In this document: piece after piece, positions 8,809-18,100 of the stretch
Layout: each line of letters begins with the position of its first letter
How positions within the stretch are numbered: the first letter of the stretch is position 1
NCBI GenBank assembly: GCA_041491545.1
Contig: JBGPVE010000002.1
Span: forward strand, 1-36,789
Length of the DNA stretch: 36,789 nucleotides
Direction of reading: 5' to 3'
From: Gemmatimonadota bacterium
Lineage (GTDB): Bacteria > Gemmatimonadota > Gemmatimonadetes > Gemmatimonadales > GWC2-71-9
Notes under the pieces: generated by a model
Databases searched by the model: none
The model's input: only the letters and a program-made list of their open reading frames with translations
Told to the model about the DNA's origin: nothing
Position numbers and translations under genes: made by a program

Positions 8809-9784
8809 GCTATCCCTCAGTCGGGAGCGGCTCGACCGCCTGCGCCATGGCGCGGTCGTCGCCCTGGGCGAGCCCGGCGTCTTTTTCATCGAGGGACCGG
8901 GAGCGCTCACCTGCTTGCAGGGACTGCTCACCAACGATCTCGCGAAGCCGGGCGACCAGAGCCTGGTCTACGGCGCCCTGCTCACACCCAAGGGATCGAT
9001 CGTCGTCGACCTCTGGGTGCTTCGGGAGCCCGCCCGGTTCACCCTGATCGCTCCGCGTCGCGCGCACGAGGCCGCGCTCGAGTTGTTGACTCGTCAACTC
9101 CCGCCACGCTTGGCCAAGCTCACCGATGCGACCGGCGATGTCACCGTCGCATGGCTCGCGGGGGGTCAGGCCTTCCCGACGCTCGCGCGCTCCGGCACCA
9201 AGCCGCTGCCGGAGGCCGCGGGCCGGATCGCAACCGTCGCTTTAGGCGGCAGCCACCTGACGCTCGGACTCACCCACGAAGCGGCGCCGTTCGCGGCCAT
9301 AGCCGTCGGGCCGCGCCCGGCGATCGATGCGCTCTCGACGGCGCTGCTCCAAGCCGGCGCGGTCGAGGGCACGGACGAGGATCTCGAGGCGGCCCGCATT
9401 CTGGCCGGTTGGCCCGGCCTCGGAGCGGAGATCGAAGAGCGCACGCTGCCGCAGGAGGTGCGCTACGACGAGATCGGTGGCGTCTCCTACACCAAGGGTT
9501 GCTATGTGGGACAGGAAACGGTGGCCCGACTGCACTTTCGAGGTCACACCAACCGCGAGCTGCGCGGCCTCGTGTGGGAGAGCGCCGAGCCGCTGACTGA
9601 CACGGCGATCGTCGCCGGCGGGAAGTCGGTCGGTACCGTGCGCTCGACGCTGGTATTGGAGGACCGTATCATCGGTCTCGCGCCGATCCGCCGCGAGGTG
9701 GAGCCGGGCGCCGAGGTGACGGCGGGAGGCCGGGCGGCGACGGTGGTGGCCCTGCCGTTCGCCTCGGAAGACCTCGACGGCTAG
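8795..9784 (+). CDS. ygfZ: YgfZ/CAF17-type folate-binding protein (GcvT-like fold)
   Basis: Internal ATG (MPVLELSL...) of ORF 8732..9784, 329 aa. Contains the family signature KGCYVGQETVARLHFRG and CLQGLLTNDL. 14-nt overlap with the HAD gene. Confidence 0.82.
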   Translation: MPVLELSLSRERLDRLRHGAVVALGEPGVFFIEGPGALTCLQGLLTNDLAKPGDQSLVYGALLTPKGSIVVDLWVLREPARFTLIAPRRAHEAALELLTRQLPPRLAKLTDATGDVTVAWLAGGQAFPTLARSGTKPLPEAAGRIATVALGGSHLTLGLTHEAAPFAAIAVGPRPAIDALSTALLQAGAVEGTDEDLEAARILAGWPGLGAEIEERTLPQEVRYDEIGGVSYTKGCYVGQETVARLHFRGHTNRELRGLVWESAEPLTDTAIVAGGKSVGTVRSTLVLEDRIIGLAPIRREVEPGAEVTAGGRAATVVALPFASEDLDG

Positions 9785-9796
9785 GATACAAGCAAA

Positions 9797-9826
9797 CGAG
9801 CCCCGGGGACTTTGCCCCGGGGCTCG
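9797..9826. terminator. Bidirectional hairpin between convergent genes
   Basis: CGAGCCCCGGGG-ACTTTG-CCCCGGGGCTCG, a perfect 12-bp GC-rich stem. It lies 13 nt after the ygfZ stop and 24 nt from the stop of the minus-strand lipoprotein gene. No strong U-tract. Confidence 0.55.
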
Positions 9827-9849
9827 TGGCGACAGTGCGGCAACCGCCC

Positions 9850-10020
9850 TTACATCTTCTTGCTGGTGTCCCGCGCCATGGTGCTATCGTGCATCATCAT
9901 CGCGGAACTGTCAGCGGGCGCCGCCGCCGGAGCCGCAGACGAAGCCGGGGCTTCCGCCTTCTTTTCGCCACCGCAGGCAGCCATCACGAGCACCGCGGCC
10001 AGGCACATGCTCTTCTTCAT
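9850..10020 (-). CDS. Small (56 aa) putative lipoprotein, Ala/Pro-rich linker and Met/His-rich tail
   Basis: Internal ATG of ORF 9850..10146: MKKSMCLAAVLVMAACGGEKKAEAP...SSAMMMHDSTMARDTSKKM. Lipobox-like VMAAC. AGGAG sits 6-7 nt upstream of the ATG (read on the reverse complement). Confidence 0.6.
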   Translation of the reverse strand: MKKSMCLAAVLVMAACGGEKKAEAPASSAAPAAAPADSSAMMMHDSTMARDTSKKM

Positions 10021-10181
10021 GTGTCGCTCCTGAAAATATTTTGGGTTACTCAGGGTGATGCACGGACATATGCCGCCACTGTCGCAGTGGCATACGGCGA
10101 GCGAAGTTAACCGCCATTCCGCGTTTGTCAAGCTTTGGTCCTCCATTGTGATACACCTTTGTACGATGAGCGAATCCCATC

Positions 10182-11645
10182 ATGATTGAACCGCGCACCT
10201 TCGGCGAGTTGAAGAGCACTCCGTGGGCGGAGCCACCGCTTCGCCGGCGGACGGTCCGCGACGAAATCCGCGCGAACCTCCTGGCCCGGCTGGAGTCGGG
10301 TCAGGAACTGTTCCCGGGCATCGTGGGCTACGAAGACACCATCGTTCCGCAGCTCGTCAACGCGCTGCTATCCCGACATCACTTCATCCTCCTCGGTCTC
10401 AGGGGCCAAGCCAAGAGTCGCATCCTCCGCCAGCTGGTCGACTTGCTCGACGAGCGGATCCCGATCGTGGCCGGGAGCGAGGTGAATGACGATCCCTTCG
10501 CTCCGCTCTCGAAGTTCGCCCGCGAGCGCCTGGCCGAATGCGGCGACGCCACGGCGATTGCCTGGCTGCTCCGGTCCCAGCGCTTCGTCGAAAAGCTGGC
10601 CACGCCCGATGTCACGATCGCCGACATCATCGGTGACGTCGACCCCATCAAGGCGGCGCGGGGCGGCCACCTCTTGTCTGACGAGCTCACGATGCATTTC
10701 GGCCTGTTGCCGCGGGCCAATCGCGGGATCTTCGCGATCAACGAGCTGCCCGATCTGAGCGGTAAGGTGCAGGTGGGTCTCTTCAACATCATGCAGGAGG
10801 GGGACGTCCAGATCAAAGGGTACCCCGTGCGACTGCCGCTCGACGTGCTGCTCACCTTCACGGCCAACCCCGAGGACTATACCGCGCGCGGTAAGATCAT
10901 CACGCCGCTCAAAGACCGGATCGGCTCGGAGATCATCACGCACTACCCCCGCACGGTCCAGCTCGGCATCGAGATCACCGCGCAGGAGGCTTGGACCGAG
11001 CGGGAGGGCCGCCCCATCGAGGTCCCCGATTTCCTGCGGGAGCTGGTGGAGCGGGTGGCCTTCGAGGCTCGCGAGGACAAGCGGGTGGACAAGCGTTCGG
11101 GGGTGAGCCAACGCCTCCCGATCAGCATGCTTGAGAATGTCGTCTCGAACGCCGAGCGGCGCGCGCTGGCCCACGGCGAGGCCCGGGTCGTCCCCCGGGT
11201 GAGCGACGTCTACGCCGCCATCCCCGCGATCACGGGCAAGCTCGAGCTCGAGTATGAGGGAGAGCTACAGGGCGGGGATCCGATCGCCCGGGAGCTCATC
11301 CGCCGTGCCGCCGGCCGAGTGCTGGAGGAGCGGTTGGGTGGCGCGGATTTCACCCGGATCGTCGCCTGGTTCGACCAGGGTGGCGCGCTTAAGGTTTCGG
11401 GTGACGAGCGGTCGGAGCTCTGTCTCAAGGGATTCGGCGTGGTGCCCGGCCTGCTGGAGACGGTGGCCGACGGCGGGCTCGCGCCGTCGAGCGACGCCGC
11501 GCTGACCGTCGCGGGGTGCGAGCTGATTCTCGAGGGCCTGGCCGCCCAGAAGCGCATCAGCCGGAGCGAGGAACTGGGTTACACCCGGGCCAAGCCCGAG
11601 CGGCGCGAGCCCGGCTACGGCAAGGGCGGGATCAGCTTCGGCTGA
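10182..11645 (+). CDS. AAA+ ATPase, Mg-chelatase ChlI-like / sigma-54-interaction-domain-like family
   Basis: 487 aa. Walker A GLRGQAKS (nt 10395-10418). Walker B-like IFAINE (nt 10728-10745). Pattern LPRANRGIFAINELPDL...GLFNIMQEGDVQIKGYPVRLPLDVLLTFTANPEDY is typical of ChlI-like ATPases that pair with CoxE-type vWA proteins. Confidence 0.8.
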   Translation: MIEPRTFGELKSTPWAEPPLRRRTVRDEIRANLLARLESGQELFPGIVGYEDTIVPQLVNALLSRHHFILLGLRGQAKSRILRQLVDLLDERIPIVAGSEVNDDPFAPLSKFARERLAECGDATAIAWLLRSQRFVEKLATPDVTIADIIGDVDPIKAARGGHLLSDELTMHFGLLPRANRGIFAINELPDLSGKVQVGLFNIMQEGDVQIKGYPVRLPLDVLLTFTANPEDYTARGKIITPLKDRIGSEIITHYPRTVQLGIEITAQEAWTEREGRPIEVPDFLRELVERVAFEAREDKRVDKRSGVSQRLPISMLENVVSNAERRALAHGEARVVPRVSDVYAAIPAITGKLELEYEGELQGGDPIARELIRRAAGRVLEERLGGADFTRIVAWFDQGGALKVSGDERSELCLKGFGVVPGLLETVADGGLAPSSDAALTVAGCELILEGLAAQKRISRSEELGYTRAKPERREPGYGKGGISFG

Positions 11646-12264
11646 TCCACCCACGCCTCGCCGCCTCCGCCACCAGAATCGCCGTCGCCCCATCGAAGCC
11701 GAGCCGCTCGGTGTTCAGCACCATGTGGTAGTTCACCGCGTCGTTCCAATCCCGGCCATAACACTCGCGGTGGTAGCGCTGGCGTTGCGCGTCGGTCTCC
11801 TGCATGACTCGCTCGGCCTCCCTTAGGTCGAGCGAGAGACGCTCCGCCGCGGCCTTGATTCGGAACGCGCGCGATGCGACTAGCTTCACGTGAATCGCGT
11901 TCCGCTCGCTGGCCAGCACGGCCGGCGCGGCGCGACCGACCAGTACCACCCGGCCCTCCGCCGCGATCTCCCCCACCACGACCTCGGTGATTCGGACCAG
12001 ATCTTTCTCCGACATCTCCGGCACGGTGCCGCTCTGCGGTGGAAACAGCTCCGGCGTCGATGCCGCCAGGGTGCGCGCCAGGCGTTCGATGAAGCTGGGG
12101 ACCCGCTCCTCCATCGACTCGACCTCCTCGCGCGAGAGGCCGGCCCGCGCCGCGATCCGCTCCACCAGCTCGTTGTCGACGACGCGCCAATGGAGCGCCT
12201 CCGCCACCCGCCGGGCCACCTCGGATCCGCCGGCGCCATACTCCCGGGCCATCGTGATCAGCAT
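11632..12264 (-). CDS. Cytidylate kinase-like family protein
   Basis: MLITMAREYGAGGSEVARRVAEAL... is the characteristic N-terminus of the cytidylate-kinase-like (AAA_28 / Cytidylate_kin2-like) family. 210 aa. Its 3' end overlaps the AAA+ gene by 14 nt (convergent). Confidence 0.75.
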   Translation of the reverse strand: MLITMAREYGAGGSEVARRVAEALHWRVVDNELVERIAARAGLSREEVESMEERVPSFIERLARTLAASTPELFPPQSGTVPEMSEKDLVRITEVVVGEIAAEGRVVLVGRAAPAVLASERNAIHVKLVASRAFRIKAAAERLSLDLREAERVMQETDAQRQRYHRECYGRDWNDAVNYHMVLNTERLGFDGATAILVAEAARRGWISRS

Positions 12265-12273
12265 GCGGGCCTC

Positions 12274-13485
12274 CTATCGCAGAACCGGCGTGAGCTTCCC
12301 CCGGGGACCCATCATATACCACGCCACCGCCGTCGCGGTGATGAAGCAGGCCAGGCCCCCGAGTCCGATCGAGTACTGCACTCCGAGGTGCTCCGAGACC
12401 CATCCTGCCTGCAAGGAGCCGAACGGAGCGAGTCCCAGCACGAGGAATGAATAGACGCCCATCACGCGGCCGCGGAGATGATCCGGCGCTTCGGTCTGCA
12501 GCATCGTGTTCCCCACGATCCCGTTGATCGCCATCGTCCAGCCGGCGAGCGTGAAGAGCAGGAGCGCGGGCCAGAAGCTCGGCACCAGCGCCACGACCGT
12601 GAGGGTGGCGCCGAACAGCAGCGAGGCTCCGAGCAGGAACCGCCCCTGCCGGAAGCGCTTGCCGAAACCCGCGACAAAGAACGCCGCGATGGCGGCCCCG
12701 AGACCGATGGCCGACACGAGGGCCGCGTAGCCCGACGCCTTGACGTTCAAGATGTCGCGCGCGTAGACCGGGGCCATCGTCATGAACGGGAACCCGAATA
12801 GGCTGAACCCCGCGATCAAGATGACCAGAGCGCGCGGCCACCGGTGACTCCAGATGTAGCGGAGTCCCTCTCGCATCGCCGAGATCGCGCCGATCCGCGG
12901 CGGCGGCTGGCGGGGTGTGCTATCCATCATGACCAGACTGGCGATGACCCCGAGATAGCTCACCGCGTTGGCAAAGAAGCAGGCTGGGAGTCCGAAACCG
13001 GCGATCAACACGCCGGCCACGGCCGGTCCGATCACCCGCGCGAGGTTGAACGCCGAGGAATTGAGGGCGATCGCGTTCATCAGATCGTCCTTCCCCACCA
13101 GCTCGACCACAAACGCCTGCCGCGTCGGCACCTCGAAGGCGGAGCAGAGCCCAAAGAGTACCGCCAACACCATCACCCAGTGCACCGTGGCGGCCTTGAG
13201 CGCGGTGATGATCCCAAGCGCGAGCGCCTCACACAGCATGAGCGACTGGAGCACCAGCACGAACTTTCGCTTGTCGACCCGGTCCGCGATGACACCGCCG
13301 TAGAGGGTGAACAGGAGGATGGGCAACGAGCCCAGCGCCGTCACCAAGCCGACGGCAAAAGCCGAGTTGGTGAGCTCGAGCACCAGCCACCCCAGCGCCA
13401 CCTGCTGAATCCAGGTGCCGCAGAGCGAGACGAACTGGCCGGTCAGGAAGAGGCGGAAGTTGCGGTGGCCCAGCGCCGCAAACAT
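12274..13485 (-). CDS. MFS transporter (EntS/MFS_3-like)
   Basis: Internal ATG (MFAALGHRNFRLFLTGQFVSLCGTWIQQVALGWLVL...) of ORF 12274..13617. About 12 hydrophobic segments. Sits 9 nt upstream of the cytidylate-kinase-like gene on the same strand. Confidence 0.85.
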   Translation of the reverse strand: MFAALGHRNFRLFLTGQFVSLCGTWIQQVALGWLVLELTNSAFAVGLVTALGSLPILLFTLYGGVIADRVDKRKFVLVLQSLMLCEALALGIITALKAATVHWVMVLAVLFGLCSAFEVPTRQAFVVELVGKDDLMNAIALNSSAFNLARVIGPAVAGVLIAGFGLPACFFANAVSYLGVIASLVMMDSTPRQPPPRIGAISAMREGLRYIWSHRWPRALVILIAGFSLFGFPFMTMAPVYARDILNVKASGYAALVSAIGLGAAIAAFFVAGFGKRFRQGRFLLGASLLFGATLTVVALVPSFWPALLLFTLAGWTMAINGIVGNTMLQTEAPDHLRGRVMGVYSFLVLGLAPFGSLQAGWVSEHLGVQYSIGLGGLACFITATAVAWYMMGPRGKLTPVLR

Positions 13486-13675
13486 TGAGCGCAGGTGAGC
13501 CGCGGGGCGAAGAGAGGGAGGCACGGAACAACAGTAAAGGGGGAGGCGAGAGCGGTGAAGGGCGCAGGGGGCCGCGTTGAACCTGGGGTGTTCCGGGGGT
13601 ACTATACGAAAGGGCAATCAGCCGGCCGTGGCGGGCCACCTGCCCGCTTCACCTCTCACGCTGCGCCGCCGTCTC

Positions 13676-14965
13676 ATGCGCTTTACAACTTATTCGAAGT
13701 TCATCCCCGAGCTCGCGGACGCCGTCAACTTGCAGGCGCTCCTCGATCAGCTCAGTGATTTTCTCCTTCAATCGGGGTTCGCTGGCCAGGGGCAGTCGTT
13801 CTGGCAAGACGAGATGGGCGACGGAGACCGCACGCTGGACGCCCTCAAGCAGGCGATTCTCAAGGCGCTGATGGAATCCGGTCAGCTTACGCCGGACATG
13901 CTCAAGGTGCTCCGGGGGGAGAGCACGGGCGACCCGGCTCGGGATCGGGAGATCGAGGCGACCCTCGGCGAATTGCTCGACCAGATCGTCCAGCGGCTCA
14001 TGGATGCGGGATACCTCACCGCCGGCGAGGCCCCGCAAGTGCCCAGCGGCTATCAGTCGATGTTCGGGCCCGGCGGCCAAGCCCACTCGGCGGCGCAGCA
14101 GGTACAGTTCAACCTGACCGAGAAGGGGATCGACTTTCTCGGCTACAAGACGCTCAAGAATCTGCTCGGCAGCGTGGGAAAATCGAGCTTCGGCGCGCAC
14201 GAAACGCCACACCTCGCCACCGGCGTCGAAGCCGAGGGTGTGAGCAAGCCCTACGAGTTTGGCGACGTGCTCAACCTCGACGTGCCGGCCACGCTCACCA
14301 GCGCCATCGCGCGCGAAGGATTGGGCGTCCCGCTCAACCTCGAGTACGAGGACCTGATGGTGAGCCAGTCGGAGTACCGATCCTCCGCGGCCTCGGTGCT
14401 CATGCTCGACTGCTCACACTCGATGATCCTCTATGGCGAGGATCGGTTCACTCCGGCCAAGAAGGTGGCGCTCGCACTCACCCACCTGATCCGCACCCAG
14501 TTTCCGGGCGACAGCCTTCGGGTCGTGCTCTTCCACGATTCGGCGGAGGAGATCCCGTTGCGCGCGCTGGCCACCGCGCAGGTGGGACCGTATCACACCA
14601 ACACGGCGGAGGGACTCAAGCTGGCTCGCCGGATCCTCACGAGCCAGAAGAAGGACATGAAGCAGATCATCATGATCACGGACGGCAAGCCTTCCGCGCT
14701 CACGATGCCCGACGGCCGGATCTATGTGAACTCGATGGGGCTCGATCCCCAGATCCTGGCGGCCACCTATCGCGAAGTGGCTAATTGCCGGCGCAACGGG
14801 ATCATGATCAACACCTTCATGCTCGCCCGAGACCGGAGTCTCGTGGAGTTCGTCAAGCAGGTGGCCTCGATCTGCAAAGGCAAAGCCTATTTCACGAACA
14901 CCATGACGCTCGGCCAGTTCATCCTCATGGACTTCATGAAGCGCAAGACCCGGAGGGTGAGTTAG
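13676..14965 (+). CDS. vWA domain protein, CoxE-like
   Basis: Internal ATG ([20 protein letters not shown]...) of ORF 13577..14965. Intact MIDAS motif LMLDCSHSM and downstream ITDGKPSA. Usual partner of the ChlI-like ATPase at 10182. Confidence 0.85.
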   Translation: MRFTTYSKFIPELADAVNLQALLDQLSDFLLQSGFAGQGQSFWQDEMGDGDRTLDALKQAILKALMESGQLTPDMLKVLRGESTGDPARDREIEATLGELLDQIVQRLMDAGYLTAGEAPQVPSGYQSMFGPGGQAHSAAQQVQFNLTEKGIDFLGYKTLKNLLGSVGKSSFGAHETPHLATGVEAEGVSKPYEFGDVLNLDVPATLTSAIAREGLGVPLNLEYEDLMVSQSEYRSSAASVLMLDCSHSMILYGEDRFTPAKKVALALTHLIRTQFPGDSLRVVLFHDSAEEIPLRALATAQVGPYHTNTAEGLKLARRILTSQKKDMKQIIMITDGKPSALTMPDGRIYVNSMGLDPQILAATYREVANCRRNGIMINTFMLARDRSLVEFVKQVASICKGKAYFTNTMTLGQFILMDFMKRKTRRVS

Positions 14966-14970
14966 GGAAC

Positions 14971-15007
14971 TGTCGCATTTGGGCCCCATGATGTCGCAAA
15001 CGGGCCC
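14971..15007 (+). repeat. Imperfect 16-nt direct repeat in the vWA-CHAT intergenic region
   Basis: TGTCGCATTTGGGCCC (14971-14986) and TGTCGCAAACGGGCCC (14992-15007), 13/16 identical, 21-nt period. The two GGGCCC blocks could also pair as a weak 6-bp hairpin followed by TTT. Confidence 0.4.
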
Positions 15008-15137
15008 TTTCCGCGGCTTCGTACACCGCCATCTTGGACACCAGGCAGCCGTGCCTTCGTTGTAACTCCTGCATCGTAACTGCCCGCGATTCGACCACCC
15101 CGCCTGCCGGTGATCGGCGCGACGTGAGAGCCCAAGC

Positions 15138-18100
15138 GTGTCGTCCGCCGGATCGTGCGACCGAGCCCTCCAGATCGTCTTTCTCTGCTGCACAACGGCT
15201 TTGTTGGCCAGTGGCTGCACCAATCGCTTCGCGCCAGCCCGGTACGGTCGCGCCGATCTTCTAGCCGAGCTCGGGCGGCTCGCTCCCATGCGAGCGATCG
15301 AACCCCGCCTGTCGCTTCCCGCCCCCTATCAGCCCGTACCCTCGGCCCCCCAGCCACCCTCCGACGCCGTCCTCGAGTTGGCGGAGCGGGCCGCGGCGCG
15401 GGTTCGCCACCACGCGGATGCGCGGACTCTTCACGCGGCGGCTCTGGTCGACCTCCTCTGGGCGGGGACGGACGGAATTCCACTCGACCGGTCCATCTCA
15501 TACCTGCGAACGGTCTCGAGGCTCGAAGATCGGTCCGCGGCGGCGCTCACGGATCTGGCGGCGGCGCTCATCGTTCGGGCGGAGCGCAAGCGGTCGCCCC
15601 GCGATCTCCTCGAGGCGATCGAGAGCGCGGATCGTGCGCTCGAGCTGGAGCCGCGGGATGCCGCGGCCCGGTTCGACCTGGCGCTCGCGCTGGAGCGGTT
15701 TGGAATCGATGCGGAGGCGGAGCGAGCCTGGAAGATGTTTCTCGAGATCGACTCGACGTCGGGCTGGGCCACCGAAGCCAAGCGCCATCGCCGCCCGCCG
15801 GCCGAAGCGGCGGAGCCACCTCCAATGCCGGCGCCCACGGCCTCGCTGACGGGGGTCCTAGCCTACGCCGACGCGGCGCCCGAGCAGGCGATGCTCTTCG
15901 GGTGGGACCATCTGCTCGACGAGTGGGGTTCCGCGGTGGCGGCGGGAGACATGGCGCGTGCGGATCGTTCCCGGCGGCTTGCCGCCGCGGTCGGCGCCGA
16001 GTTGGAACGACAGCACCACGATGCGACACTGGCGGATGCGGTGCGGGCGGCCGTCCTGACCGCTGGGCACGCCTCGACCGAGCGGGCGCTCGCGAGAGCA
16101 CATCGAGACTACGCCGCCGGCCGCGCGGCCCATCGCGGCGGAACCTACGCGGCGGCGGGCCGCTGGTTCGACCGCGTGATCGCCAACCCAAGCGCGTCGC
16201 CGCCGCTGGTTGCATGGGCGCGATTCGGCCGCGCGTCGACGCTGGTGTACCAGGGGCGCCCCGACGCCGCCGACGCCGCCCTTCGGCAAGTGCTGGCGTA
16301 CGCGAATGCGCTCCGGGATCCGTCCTTGGCTGCCCGAGCTCACTGGGTGCTCGCCACCACGCTGCTGCGTCGGGGCCGGCACCAACAGGCGATCGATGAG
16401 TCGGAGCGAGGCGCCGAGCTGTTCCAACGTATCGGCGAGGAAGAAAATCTGGGAGCCGTCGAGGTGATTGCGGCCGACGCGGAGCAGTACCTGGCCGACC
16501 CGGCCGTGGAGTATGCGGCCGTCGAGCGCGCGCTGATCACGCTGCGGCCGTACCGCCGCTCGGTCTGGTTGCACGTCGCGCTGTACAACGCCGGCAGCTT
16601 TGCCGCGACGGACGGCTTGAGGCGGGCCGCCGTGAAGCTCGCGGACGAGGACGTTCGGGTCGCAACGGAGACGGGGGAGCGAATGTTCGTGGCGGAGGCG
16701 CGACTGGGGCGAGCTCGACTGCTCGCGGCAAGCGAGAGGGCATCGGTCGCGGCCCAAGACGTGGGTACCGCGCGCGCGATCGTACAGGCACTGCCGCCGA
16801 GCCCCGGACGAAACTGGTTCGACGCCGATCTCCGCCTGGCGGAGGCCGCGACGATCCTCTCGGACACACCGGTCAAGGCGCGTGCGGCCCTGGATTCCGT
16901 CATCGCGTTCTTCCGCTCGCAGCACAATCAGATCCGACTGTTGCCGGCGCTGGTGGCGCGCTCGCGCGCGGCGCTCGATCTGGGCGACGGGGCCGGCGCC
17001 ACCGCCGATCTCGACCGTTCGCTCACGATCTTGAACGAGCAGAGCTCCAGCATGACCCGCATCGAGCTGCGCGCTTCGCTATTGGAGACGGCGAGGAGCG
17101 TGGTCGATCGGTTGGTCATGCGGCGGGTCGCGGCCGGTCAGTCTCGTTTGGCGCTCGCCGACCTCGAGCGGGCGCGCGTGTCGCTGGCACCGACGGGCGC
17201 CAGGAATCGCGCACGAGTGGCGCCGCTGTCCTCCCCGCCGCGCCAGGTCGCCGCCGAGTATGCCCTGGTGGGTGACACGCTGCTCATCTGGACCATCGTC
17301 GATGCGGCCGTGGAGCTTTCCCGCACGACGGTCGACCGCGCGCAGCTCCTTCACACGATCGAGCAAACGCGCACCTCGCTCGAGCTGCGCTCCGAGGAGC
17401 GCTCGACGACTGGGCAGCTCACATCGCTGTACGACTGGCTCGTACGCCCGATCGAGCCGCGGCTCGGGCAATCCGGCGCCACGCTCGTGCTCGTTGCCGC
17501 CGGCGACCTTGCCGGCGTCCCGTTCGCGGCACTCCGCGACTCGGCGCGCGGGCGCTATCTGATCGAGGATCACCCACTCCGTTTCGTCCCAAGTCTCCGA
17601 GATGCAGGGCGCGCGGCGGCCAAGAGGCCGTCGCTGGCGGAGCGAGCGCTGCTAGTCGCCGATCCCGAGTTCGATCGGCGGGCGTTTCCCGAGCTGAGGC
17701 GGCTTCCGGGGGCGAGCGCCGAAGTCGAAGCGCTGCGCGCCGAGTATCCGGATGCCGTCGTGCTCTCCGGCCCCGCCGCGAATCGGGTGGCCGTCGAGGC
17801 GGCGCTCCAGCACGCGAGCGTTGTGCATTACGCCGGGCACGCCGTCTTCGACGACGAGCGCCCGGAGCAGTCTCTCCTCGTCCTCGCATCCGCCCAGGGC
17901 CAAAGCGATCCGGCGGCCGGGCGCATCACCGCGGAAGAGATCGAGCGGCTTCGCCTCGGCCACTTGCGGCTCGTCGTGCTTTCCGCCTGCGAGACGATTC
18001 GGTCGCGAAGCGCGGGATCCGGTGGCTTTGGCGGGTTGGCCGACGCGCTGTTGGCCGCTGGCGCGCAGGGCGTGGTCGGCAGCTTGTGGCGGGTCGACGA

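Noticed and set aside
11632-11645. Short convergent gene overlaps (AAA+/kinase-like, 14 nt; also ptrB/AKR at 32897-32907, 11 nt)
   Set aside because: Overlaps of this size between convergent genes are common in compact high-G+C genomes and need no special explanation.
11615-12841. 408-aa minus-strand ORF, and similar long ORFs (1129..2436, 15155..16399, 15858..16925, 19978..20859, 22138..23154, 24826..26400, 34574..35470)
   Set aside because: All overlap better-supported genes in another frame or strand and are dominated by Arg, Gly, Pro and Ala. They are treated as frame shadows.
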